Source: Dictyostelium discoideum (taxonomy: Eukaryota). Taken from it: 64,000 nucleotides of DNA. Location of the stretch: assembly GCA_000004695.1 (NCBI GenBank), contig CM000152.2, positions 2,208,001 to 2,272,000 on the forward strand. Direction: 5' to 3'. The position numbers were made by a program, and so were the translations under genes. The notes beneath the pieces were generated by a model, which was not told where the DNA came from, did not search any database, and saw only the letters and a program-made list of their open reading frames with translations. Shown one piece after another: positions 23,372 to 37,817 of this stretch (the first letter of the stretch is position 1; each line of letters begins with the position of its first letter).

Positions 23372-24509
23372 AACAATTACTTGTGTTTAATTTGTATATT
23401 ATTTTTCATATTTCCAATTTTTTTTTTTAATTTTTTTTTTATGTTATATCAATGTTGAGGCCCGTTATTTTAAAAACTATTTTTAAATTTTTAAGTTTAG
23501 TAAGATTTATATACATTTTTTTTCTTTAATGTCAAATATCCCCCGTGTGTGTAATTATTCAAACTTTTTTCTTTATTTTTAAAATTAAACCCCAAAATTT
23601 GTTATTAAAAAGGTGATTAGTTAGAAAGGGTGTCAAGAATGAATTTTTTTTTTTTATTTTTTTTTTTTTTATTTTTTTTAATATCAACCTTAATTAAATT
23701 TTAAAAATTTTTTTTTATTTTGAACCCAAACTGGGTGTGTGGTTATAATAAAATTTTTTTTTTTTTTTCACCCTAAATTTTTCTTTATTTTTAAATTAGT
23801 TTTATTAATTAGAAACACAATTGTTTTAATGCATATTTATAGTATTTATTGGTAGAATAAAGTAATATAGTTTATAAAAAGTTGTTAGATAGAGTATATT
23901 AATTATAAAAATTGCTATAAAAAAAAGTGGGGTTAAATAATAATAATAGTAATAGTAATAGTAATAGTAGTAATAGTAATAATAAAAATAACAATAATAA
24001 TAATAATAATAATAATAATGATGTTGTGTTTTGTAAATTAAACCTAAAGGCATAAATATCTGAAATAGCAATAAAATTAATAACTAATAATATAGTAATT
24101 AATTTCAATATTTAAAGATCTTTTTTTTTTTTTTTTTTGTCATTCATTCATTCATTCATAATTCATTAATTCACTTTTTCACTCTTTCATTCATTCATTC
24201 ATTCCCTTACATAGTAAAAAAAAAAAAAAAAAAAAAAAAATTAAACTTTATCTATTTTTATCTTTTTTTTTTATCTTTTATTAGTTGTGTTTAAAACACC
24301 AAAAAAATAAAGATAAAAAACAAAAAACAAAAATAATAAAAAAAAAAAAATAAAAAAAAAAAACAAATAAAATAAAAAAACTATCATATATTTTTTTTTA
24401 TTTTTTTATTAAAAATTAAAAAATTAAAAATATTATAATATCTATTTATTCATAATTGTTTTATTAAAAAAAAAAAAAAAAAAAGAAAAAAGCAGCAAAC
24501 ATATATTCC

Positions 24510-24540
<31 letters not shown>

Positions 24541-24589
24541 TAATAATAATAATAATTTAAATACAGCCAACCAATCAACATATTGAATA

Positions 24590-27046
<2,457 letters not shown>

Positions 27047-27558
27047 GAAAAAAAAAATAATTAAAATTAAATTATATAAACTTCTTTTCTTTTTTTTTTT
27101 TTTATTTTTTTTTTTTTTTTTTATTTAAAAACACATTTTCTAAATTTAAAATCTAATTATAAAAAGAAAACTAAGTTTCTAAAATACAATTTATAAAAAA
27201 TATAATTATTTTAATTTATATTATTAATATTGTTATCCTTATTTAATTTTTTTTTAATGTTTAAATATTAAAAATAAAGAAGTTGGAAACTTGTAAATTA
27301 ATTTTATTATAAAAAAAAAAACAAAAAAAAAATCTGAAAATTAACAAATTTACATTAAACCCCAATAAAAAAAATTAGAATTTATAAAAATGATAGTAAA
27401 TGGAATTCTATTAGTAATAATGTGTAATTTTTTTAAAATTTATTTTAAAATAAAAAAATAGTATTAAAATAAAATATAAAATTATAAATAGAATTTTTAT
27501 TTTTTTTTTTTTATTTTTTTTTTTTAGTTGGAATTAAATAATCAACTTTATTAAAAAA

Positions 27559-28280
27559 ATGAAATTATTTTTATTTTTAATTTTATTAGCACTAACTTTT
27601 GTGGCCAATGCAAATGAGGAGCGTTGGGGATTATGTATAGGTTTTGGATGTCCAGAGGGAAACCATTGCCAAGTTGTTGGTGGTTATCCAGTTTGTGTTA
27701 GAGATCCAACTTGTGTAGGACATCATTGTCCAAAAGGTTTCAAATGTACAATGGATTATGGTGAACCACACTGCATTAAATCATTACATTCACAATGTGA
27801 ATTAACTGCTTGTCCAAGTGGTAAGTTATTTTCTTTTTTAAAAATATTGAAAAAAACTAACTAACAATTATTATAAATAAAAAAGGATATAGTTGTGAAA
27901 GATTGAATTCAACTGTAATTTCTTGTATATCAGAGGATAGTTCATGCAATACTGTTTGGTGCCCAATAGGAACATATTGTTTCAGTAGTTCTGGTACACC
28001 AAAATGCTATTCAGCCGATGAATATCCTCAATTATGTAGATTCACTAGATGTCCTGTAAACCATTATTGTGAAATGAATGGTCAAAATATTGATTGTATA
28101 CAAGGTGGAATTGTCCCACCAACTGACACACCAATTCAATGCCCAACATGTCAAGATCTTCCATGTTCAGCTGCAGGTTTAATATGCGTTACAGTTCCAA
28201 ATAATTGTAGATCAACTAATTGTTGTCAAACAAGACCAATGTGTATCGCCAATCCAAGTACATCAACAACTACTGCATAA
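27559..28280 (+). CDS. Secreted protein built from repeated roughly 16-aa CP.G..C......P.C modules. Exons 27559..27820 and 27886..28280.
   Basis: The signal peptide is MKLFLFLILLALTFVANA. Modules are CPEGNHCQVVGGYPVC, CPKGFKCTMDYGEPHC, CPSG|YSCERLNSTVISC (the intron splits this one; donor g|GTAAGT at 27821, acceptor aaaAG at 27884-85, phase 1), CPIGTYCFSSSGTPKC and CPVNHYCEMNGQNIDC. These are followed by CPTCQDLPCSAAGLICVTVPNNCRSTNCCQTRPMC and a T-rich end. Stop at 28278-80. Confidence 0.7.
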
Positions 28281-28356
28281 TTATAAAAAAAATGAATAAA
28301 AACTATTTTTTTTTAAAACTATTTTTATATTTAAAAATAATATATTATTGTTTTGA

Positions 28357-28722
28357 TTATTCTGATGGTAATTTATTTTTTTTACAGGAATTAATTAAAC
28401 CAGTTATCCATTCCTGATGTCCATTAATCATTGGGTTAGGTACAGTTGAAGCCAACTTTCTTGCAGGTTTTCCATTTTGTGATTCTTGAGTTAAAATACG
28501 AACTCTTCCTCCTGGTAAATCTTCGATAAGCCAAGCACGAGTAACATCCAATCTAGTTTCACAATCTCCTTCAGCCCATCCATGCCAAGATAATCGGCCA
28601 GCAATTCCTTTTGAAGGGTAAACATATCATTTCATTTGATGAAAAATTATCTGTAGTTCCAGGAATATACTCTTGTGGCCAAATAATAGCAGATTGAAAA
28701 TTTGATTGTTGAATTGATGACA
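28357..28722 (-). CDS. Small gene (about 120 aa) whose reading frame is broken by an apparent single-nucleotide frame discontinuity near 28627. It is either a pseudogene or a sequence error.
   Basis: ATG at 28722: MSSIQQSNFQSAIIWPQEYIPGTTDNFSSNEM. This frame then hits TGA at 28573-71. The +1 frame is open from 28626 and has good Dictyostelium codon usage: YVYPSKGIAGRLSWHGWAEGDCETRLDVTRAWLIEDLPGGRVRILTQESQNGKPARKLASTVPNPMINGHQEWITGLINSCKKNKLPSE* (stop at 28357). The two open frames overlap only about 55 nt, which is too short for an intron. The ORF-track start MDVTRAWL is a TTG. Confidence 0.45.
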
Positions 28723-29136
28723 TTTTTTTAATTAAAATTAACCTTAATACATATAAAAAATAAAATGGCATATTTAAAAAAAAAAAAAAAAAGCAAATTT
28801 AAAGTTGAACCTTTAGATTTATTCTAAAATTTTTTAATGTTAACCCACACCGGCATACATTATGTATATTTTTTATTTTTTTTATTTTTTAAAATAGAAA
28901 TTTTTACAAAACACTTCACCACAAAGAATATTTTTTAAATTTTTTAGTGTTGGAAATTATCTGTATCATTAAAATTGAAAGAAAAAAAAAAAGATAAAAA
29001 ATAGAAAAATATCTACTAAATAATTTTTCGATACTTTTATTAGTTTTTTATCCATTATGTTCTATTTTTTTAATAAATTGAAAATATGAGATAAATATTA
29101 ATTTTATTTTGTTAAAAAATGAAATAAAATTAATTA

Positions 29137-29173
<37 letters not shown>

Positions 29174-29324
29174 TTGTATTAAATGATTTTAAAATAGTTT
29201 AATATATGTAAGGTTATTAAAAAAATAATAATAACCCCATCTAACTGATAAGAGTGAGTGTCTCTAACCTGATTTATTTTTGATTATTAATTTTTTTAAA
29301 ATTAGTAATTAATTCGGGACTTTC

Positions 29325-30381
29325 TTATTCATCATAATCTGCGGATAAAGAAATCTCTATATTAGTTTTTATTGAATCTTCAATCTCTTCCATTCTCATT
29401 TTTGCATATCTAATGGCATCAGATCCTAATAAAAGCATTGGTGATGGGTTTTTCAATAATGCAAATTTAATAATTGCAGTAGCACCTTTTTCTGGATCAC
29501 CTGGTTGTTTATTATTTAATTCTGAATCATGATACTCTTTACTTTTATTAACCAATGTGTATTCCTTAATAACTTTTGAAGGACGAACCAATACATCTTT
29601 TTGTAAGAAACAAGTACGGAAATAACCTGGATTAACAGTGGAAACATGAATTCCAAATTCTTTGAGTTCGATTCTTAAACCCAAACTTAATCCATCAATA
29701 GCAAATTTTGTAGAACTAAAAAAAAAATATTAATCAATTTGCAAAAAAAAAAAAAAAAAATTTAATCTAGATTTTTTATAATTATATATTATATCAATTA
29801 CCCATAAACTGAAAATCCTGGAAAATAATTACAAAATCCTTTATTTTTTTTTATAAAATAAATTTCAAAAGTTTTAATAAATAATAATAATTATAAAAAT
29901 TATAATAATAATAATAAATTAAGTAATAACTACCTGCAATAGATGAAATGTTAATAATACGTGGACCATCATCAAAGAATTTATTAGCACGTAAATGTGG
30001 TAAAGCACATCTTATTGTATTCAAAACTCCTTTAAGGTTAATATTAATATTTACATTAATATCACTTTCTGAAAATTCTTCAGTTGCTCCTTGAATACCA
30101 TAACCTGCATTATTAATTAAAATGTCAATTCTTCCAAACTTTGAAATTGTTTCATCAATTGATTTTTGAACTGAATGTTCGTCTCCTACATCAACTTGTA
30201 ATGGTAAAAAGTTTATTGAATTTCTAACTTCCTCATCAACACTTTTTATTAAGCCTTCCTTATTTCTACTAGTTGAAGCTACATAAAATCCATTTTTCAA
30301 TAATTGATTTGTAAGACATAAACCCAAACCCTTTGATGCTCCTGTGACATAGAAAACTTTTTTATCTTTTTGTGAATCCAT
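29325..30381 (-). CDS. Short-chain dehydrogenase/reductase (SDR, 284 aa). Exons 29934..30381, 29802..29817 (16-nt micro-exon) and 29325..29715.
   Basis: Exon 1 is MDSQKDKKVFYVTGASKGLGLCLTNQLL... (TGxxxGxG cofactor motif) ...ILINNAGYG...PRIINISSIAG|, with donor g|GTAGTT. The micro-exon ttttccAG|GATTTTCAGTTTATGG|GTAATT encodes GFSVYG. Exon 3 (acceptor tttAG|T TCT ACA AAA) is STKFAIDGLSLGLRIELKEFGIHVSTVNPGYFRT...SADYDE*. The micro-exon alone makes the total length (448+16+391=855) divisible by 3, and it supplies the catalytic Tyr of the Y-x-x-x-K motif (YGSTK). Introns are 116 and 86 nt. Confidence 0.75.
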
Positions 30382-31532
30382 TTTTATTATTAATTAAAAT
30401 TAAATAATATAAAAAATTTTAAAAAAAATTAAAAAATAAAAAAAACTTAATACTTTTTTAAAATTGTTGTTTATTTAAATAAGAAATTTAAATTGAAATA
30501 ATTTAGTTTGACCATTTTAAAATATTTTCAATTCAAAAAAAGATTGGACCGTAATGATAAAAGAAAATAACAAAAAAAAAAAAATATACTCTTCCATAAA
30601 CTATTAAATGATTGAATGTTTTTAAAGATTATTTTTTATTCTTTCAGCATTTTCTGGAAAAAAATACAATTTTTTTTTTGACCAATTTAAATTTAAAATA
30701 TAATAATAAATATTTAAATTTTAATAATTTTTTTATTACACTTTTTGATTTTTAAAAATTATTTTAAAATAAAAAACTATTGGTATTTTTTTTTTTTTTT
30801 AAAATATCTTTTAGCACCCAATAAAAAAAAAAAAAAATTTTTTTTTCTGAAATCATAATGTAATTTAATTAAAAATGAATTTGTAATTAAGGTTTAATTA
30901 ACAAAAAAAAAATAAAAAAAATATTTATAATTTTTCATTTCTCTTTTAGTAAAAAATAAAAATAAAAATATAAAAATAAAATGGAAATAAAAATATTTAA
31001 AAAAAATTTTATTTTTATTTTTATTTTTTACAATGATTTAATTTTATTTATTTTAAAATGAATTCAGTATAGATAAATAGAACACTCAAAAATACACAAA
31101 ATGATATAAAATATAAAAATGAGTGTAATCATTATATTTTTTTTTTAATATTTTTTTTTTTTTTTTTGTGAATTTTAAAAAACTAAAATATATTTATTCC
31201 CTACTCATTGTTCTTCAAAATAAAAAATAATTATGAAAAATGAATGATAAATAGTTAAATCCTAAAAATAAAATTTTAGATAAAAAAAAAATTAATAATT
31301 AAAAAAAAGAATAGTTAAATTTACTTTTTTTATATTTTATATTATTTTGTGTATTTTTGAGTTCTAAATTTTTGTAAACTAAATTCATATTAAAAATAAA
31401 TAAAATCAATTCATTATTAAAAAAATAAATAAATAAAAATAAAATAGATATAGAAATATAAAAATAGAAATAAAAATAAAAATAAATAAATAAAAATAAA
31501 AATAAAATAAAAATGAAAATAAAATAAAAATG

Positions 31533-31581
<49 letters not shown>

Positions 31582-31672
31582 GAGACATTAAATTGTCTTG
31601 TGAAAAATTTAATTTTAATTTTTCAGAGTTTTCAATAAAAAAAAGAAAAATTTATTTTTAAACAACCAAACA

Positions 31673-31832
31673 ATGATAAGACAGATATATTATTATAAAA
31701 AATCATTTCCAATAATAAACCATTATACTAAATGTTTTCTATCAACATCCAGTAATGGAATTAATAGTGGAAATATAAACATTAAAAATAATCGCAATAT
31801 AAAAATTAATAATGAAGTTACAACTGACAATG

Positions 31833-31900
<68 letters not shown>

Positions 31901-32569
31901 TTTTTAAAAAATGAAAATATAGGAAATATAGAAAATAAAAATGAAAATAATAATAATAATTATAATAATTTAAAAAAAACCGAATCAGTTAAAAAAGAAA
32001 TTATAGCTATGTTTGAAGAAGATTTATATGAAAATGAAAATCAAAGAGAATCAATATTAAAATCATCAGAATTTCCAGAAAAGTCATCAAAAGATTGGGG
32101 AGATAGTGTTTTAAATTATTCACCATATATTAGAATGATTGGAGTTAATAAAATAGCAAAGATTATTAATCCATTAGAGAAATATTTGCTTTTAAAACCT
32201 CAAGAATATCGTTACAACTATTTATTAGATTGCGATAAATGGATTGATAAACAAGTAATTGAAAAACAAGTACAATCACAACTCATCAATTTCTTTAAAG
32301 TTTTAAATAAACGTGATCAACTTGAACTAAAAGAGATCACTTCAACTTGGTTATTTAAAATATTATCAACTTGTTCCAATCATTTATCAGAATATGATCA
32401 ATTAAATGTAAACTATCATTTCAATATCACAAATTTCATTTCAACTCAAAGAGGTTACATTTCATATTCTGCCAATAAAATATTTATAACTTTTCACTTT
32501 ACTTTTAATGGTAATAATTAATTATTTTTTTTACTTTTTTCCAAAAAAACTCTATAATTTAACTAATAC

Positions 32570-32619
<50 letters not shown>

Positions 32620-32817
32620 CAATTAAAAATAGGTGATTTAGGAGTTAATGAACATATTTCAGCTATAAAAAATTTTAAAAGCTCAATTATTTTTGAATCT
32701 ATAGTACCAGAATCACAAGAATCATCTGATTTCAGGTGGAAACTTTGTTTCCTTAATCCATCAACAATTTCAATGTTATCTGTTGAATCTATAATACCAT
32801 TATTTTTAAAAAAATAA
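31673..32817 (+). CDS. Hypothetical protein with a mitochondrial-presequence-like N-terminus (MIRQIYYYKKSFPIINHYTKCFLSTSS) and poly-Asn tracts. Exons 31673..32510 and 32633..32817.
   Basis: ORF 31673..32521 ends ...FHFTFNG|GTAATA (phase 1). Downstream of the (AAT)n-rich intron, the acceptor aaaatAG at 32631-32 opens a 61-codon stop-free stretch: DLGVNEHISAIKNFKSSIIFESIVPESQESSDFRWKLCFLNPSTISMLSVESIIPLFLKK*. That stretch is less AT-rich than its surroundings, which is improbable by chance. The function is not recognised. Confidence 0.45.
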
Positions 32818-33014
32818 TATTAAACAATTGGTTTTACCAATAAATTTTATAAAGTTAAACTTTTTTTTTTTTTTTTATATATTTTTAAAAAAAAAGTTTC
32901 CTCTGTTTGTTTTTTTTATATATTTTTTTTTATATTTTTTTTTTATTCTTTTTTTTCTTTTTTTTTTTTTTTTACTACCTATATATATTTTAATATATAA
33001 ATATTTTAAAGTAT

Positions 33015-34522
33015 TTAATTGAGACTCTTTTTCTTGGCGAATTCGAGAGACAAAACAAGGTAATCGTATCTGTGACCATTGAGTTGTTTCAAAGCTTTTT
33101 CAGCTGAATCAAGATGATTGTAGGTAACGTAGGCAAAACCCCTATTAATTTTAAAATGAATGAATGAATTAAATTTGATAATGGTTAGTAAAACATAAAT
33201 ATATAAGAGCTTGAAATCTTTCTCCTTTATATATATATATATCTAAAAAAAATATAATAAAACACATACTTTGATGAACCTTCCATTGATTTTGGAATTG
33301 AAACTCTGCTAACTGGACCAAATTGACCAAATAATTCGTAAAGATCTTTTTCGGTTGCATTTTGTGAAAGATTGGAAACCATAATACTTGGTACATCACT
33401 ACCACTTGGTGCAGAACCAGTGTATCCACCTCTTAAGTTTGGTGCAATGTATTTGTTTGAAATTGGTTTCTCTTCTTTTTCTGATTTTTGTGGTTGAGTG
33501 GCTAAAATAAAAAAATAAATAAAAAAAATAACATATGATTAGCGAATAAAATAATAAAAGTTAAAAGAGAATGAGGCTACAGGCGCATATAATAATTATT
33601 TTCTTTTGAATTGTTTTTTTAAATGTATGTATTATCTCTATTGATCTATCATCATTCTATCCAATTATTATAATAGATTCTTCTCATAATTCCTAAATTT
33701 TTAATTCTGTTGTTTGTTGAACCAACATTTAATGCATCTGTTTCTTTATTACTTTTTTTACTATTATTGAAGAGGAGGAGGGGAAGATTGATTTATTTTG
33801 AAATAAATGAAATGGAATTGATTTAAAATGATAGTTGACATTTGTAATATTGAATACCTGAATACCTAAATTTGTTTTGCCTGTCCTCATCTCTTGTATG
33901 CTAGAGATTATATAAACAAATAATAATAAATCTTACTTAATTCTAAGGCATCCTTGTATGGGCACTTTGTAGTGAAATGGTTCTTTTTACAAATTCTACA
34001 TTTAACAACATCTTTCTCTTCTTCTTTCTATATATATGGTTGAAACCCAAAGTAAATGAATAAAATTGTTAAATAAATATGAAAAATAAATAAATAAACA
34101 AATATATATATAATTAAAAAAAATAATAACATACAACTTCAGCACCTCTAGTTAATACTAAGAATTGTTCATCACCATATGCAGTATTTTCTAAACCAGT
34201 TTTATTATCACATTCACCGAATTTTTTCCATTTCTTTCTTTCATCAACCTTTCTATTTCTCTTTACAGTGATTTGATATTCTTGATATCTTTTAATAACT
34301 TTAACTTCTTCACCTTTATCATTCTTAACGATGACTTCAATGGTTTTTTCAATTGGTACTCTGTTATCACTATATTTAATATGAATGGGAATTGATTAGT
34401 TAATCAAAAAAAAAATTTATTTTATTCTTATTTTTATTTTATTTTTATTTCTTTTTCTTTTTTTCAAGAAATAAATGAAATGAAATTAAAAAATAAATAA
34501 CATACATGTTTGTGGATGTCAT
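33015..34522 (-). CDS. eif3G: Translation initiation factor eIF3 subunit G (about 233 aa). Exons 34506..34522, 34135..34369, 33937..34027, 33270..33501, 33015..33141.
   Basis: Exon 1 is ATG ACA TCC ACA AAC AT|GTATGT, only 17 nt. Exon 2 is IDNRVPIEKTIEVIVKNDKGEEVKVIKRYQEYQITVKRNRKVDERKKWKKFGECDNKTGLENTAYGDEQFLVLTRGAEV|GTATGT, comparable to human KIVRTFRIETRKASKAVARRKNWKKFG. Exon 3 is KEEEKDVVKCRICKKNHFTTKCPYKDALEL, the eIF3g zinc knuckle (human CRICKGDHWTTRCPYKD). Exon 4 is TTQPQKSEKEEKPISNKYIAPNLRGGYTGSAPSGSDVPSIMVSNLSQNATEKDLYELFGQFGPVSRVSIPKSMEGSSK, the start of the RRM. Exon 5 is GFAYVTYNHLDSAEKALKQLNGHRYDYLVLSLEFAKKKSLN*, carrying RNP1 and comparable to human SKGFAFISF...GYDHLILNVEWAKPS. 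All phases check. Confidence 0.85.
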
Positions 34523-34600
34523 TTTTGATTATATTTATAAACTTCACACTAAAAAAAAAAAGAAAAAAAAATTAAAAAAAAAAAAAATTGAATTCACGAC

Positions 34601-34631
<31 letters not shown>

Positions 34632-34949
34632 AAAAAAAAAAAAAAAAAAAATGAAAAAAAATTTAAAAATTGAATTTTGAGCAAAAAAAAAGAATTAATA
34701 ATATTATTTATATGTCAATATTATTAAATTAAAAAAAAAATTAAAAATTAATAAATAAATAATAAATAAAAAAAAAGGGAAAAAAAAGAGAAAAAAAATT
34801 ATTGAAAAAAAAAATGTACACAATTTTTTTTTTTTTTTTTTTTCCCAAATTACAAAATTATTTATTTATTTTTTTCCAAAAATTACTTATTTATTTTTTA
34901 TGTTTATAAAAAAAAAAAAAAAAAAAAAGAAAAGTTAAGAAAATTAAAT

Positions 34950-35738
34950 TTAATATTTTCCAATATTTGGGAAAATATTTGAAATTGATTTAGAATATTT
35001 TTGAATTGATTGAGTTGAATCTAAATTCAAATTCCAACATTGTGGTGGTAATTGGAATAATTGAGAATCTGGTTCATCCATAAAATTATAAAAAGTAATT
35101 AATGAAAATCCGGCTGGATATAATGGAGTATTATGACAATTTGAAGACATAAAATAACAATTATCAGAATTTACAATTAAAGTATTTGAAGTATAATTAT
35201 TAGTTTGAGGATATTCTAAAAAATCAACATTAACACCACCCATTGTACCTTGACTAACTAAATCTAATGGTGGTATAGTAAATTGAGTTTCTGGATCAAT
35301 CTTTCCAACTGAACAATTTCCACCATCTAAGCTATCCAAAAAATATTGAGTTCCCTAAAATAAATTAAAAAAAAATTAAATAAATAAAATAAAATAAAAT
35401 AATATTAATTAATAAATAAACATAATTACATTTGATTTAAATGCAACTAATTTGCCTTCTTCCCAAATTGAATTTTCATTTCTTCTATATTGGTAAAATA
35501 CTTGGCCATTAATATAATCAGCTGAAAATAAACCTGCTTCATAGAATGTCATTTGATCCAATTGGTCAGTTAAAGGGTTCATATAGTTTGCATTATATGC
35601 AGAGTCAATATATTCATATGTGACCCCTTTAAATCCTTCTGATCCTTTTGAAAAACATTGTTGTACTGATGATGATGACGATGATTCAACAAAACTATTT
35701 ATAGCCAAAATGAGGATTATGGCTAAAAAGAATTGCAT
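34950..35738 (-). CDS. Secreted hypothetical protein (237 aa). Exons 35430..35738 and 34950..35354.
   Basis: The signal peptide is MQFFLAIILILAINSFVESSSSSS. Exon 1 ends ...GKLVAFKSN|GTAATT. Exon 2 (acceptor ttttAG at 35355-56) is GTQYFLDSLDGGNCSVGKIDPETQFTIPPLDLVSQGTMGGVNVDFLEYPQTNNYTSNTLIVNSDNCYFMSSNCHNTPLYPAGFSLITFYNFMDEPDSQLFQLPPQCWNLNLDSTQSIQKYSKSISNIFPNIGKY*. Both exons are phase 0. No family is recognised. Confidence 0.6.
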
Positions 35739-36073
35739 TTTTAGTATTGAAAAAAAAAAAAAAAAAAAAATGGTTTTTCTTATTTAGTGGTGTGTGAATT
35801 AAAAAAATAAAAAAAAAATAAAATAAAATAAAAAAAATAAAAACCAAAAGATTTTTTATAAAAAAAGTCAGAAACTTTGGTTTAGGAAGGAAGAAAATAA
35901 AATAAAAAAAAAAAATAAAAAAAAAGTAAATAAATTAAACTCTTTTTAATGAAGTGTTTTTTATTTTTAGATATTTTTACATTAATATAGATGGGTTTTT
36001 TTATTTATAATATATTATTTTGTTTTTTTTTTTTTTTTTCAAGGTTTTTGTTTTTTTTTAATATTAAATTTTC

Positions 36074-37039
<966 letters not shown>

Positions 37040-37075
37040 TTTTATTTATGAATAATTGTGTGGAAGGAAAATAAT

Positions 37076-37106
<31 letters not shown>

Positions 37107-37421
37107 CCTTCAAAAAAAAAAAAAAAAAATTAAAAAAAAAAAAAAAAAATTCAAAAAAAAAAAAAAAAAAAATTTATAATAAAAATGGTTTAAAAGTAAC
37201 CCTTTGTTCAGTTTTTTAATTCACTCACAAAATTGTGTAAATTTTTTTTTTTTTTTTTTTTTTAATTTAAATTAAATATTGAATTTTTTACCAGATCAAG
37301 AGAATGATCTTTTTTGATATTTAAAAAATCAGATAATTATTAATTTTACATATTTGTAAAAAATATTAATTATGTATGTAATAATTATTATTAATTAATT
37401 AATTGAAAATAATTACCAAAT

Positions 37422-37453
<32 letters not shown>

Positions 37454-37749
37454 TTAGTTTTTCAAATAACAAAAGCTTTTTTTTTATTTTATTTTATTTT
37501 AATATTTTTTTTTTTGAAATTTAAAAAATAAAAAAAAAAAAAAAATTTAAAATAATAAAAGACAGAATAAAAAAATAATAAAAACAGAAATATTTTTTAA
37601 ATAAAATTAAAATTTAAAAAAAAGAAAAAAAAAAAAAAAAGATAATATATTATTATCTAATTTAGCAATCTGAAAATAATAATAATAATTTTTATTTTTT
37701 TTTTTTATTTTTTTTTTCAATTTTATATACAATTTATTTATTTATTATT

Positions 37750-37771
37750 TTAATTATGATCTTGTTGCTGC

Positions 37772-37817
<46 letters not shown>

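Noticed and set aside
33502-33936. A possible hidden mini-exon inside the 435-nt eIF3g intron.
   Set aside because: Exons 3 and 4 already join in phase (a + cc = ACC) and give a continuous alignment to human eIF3g, so no extra exon is required.
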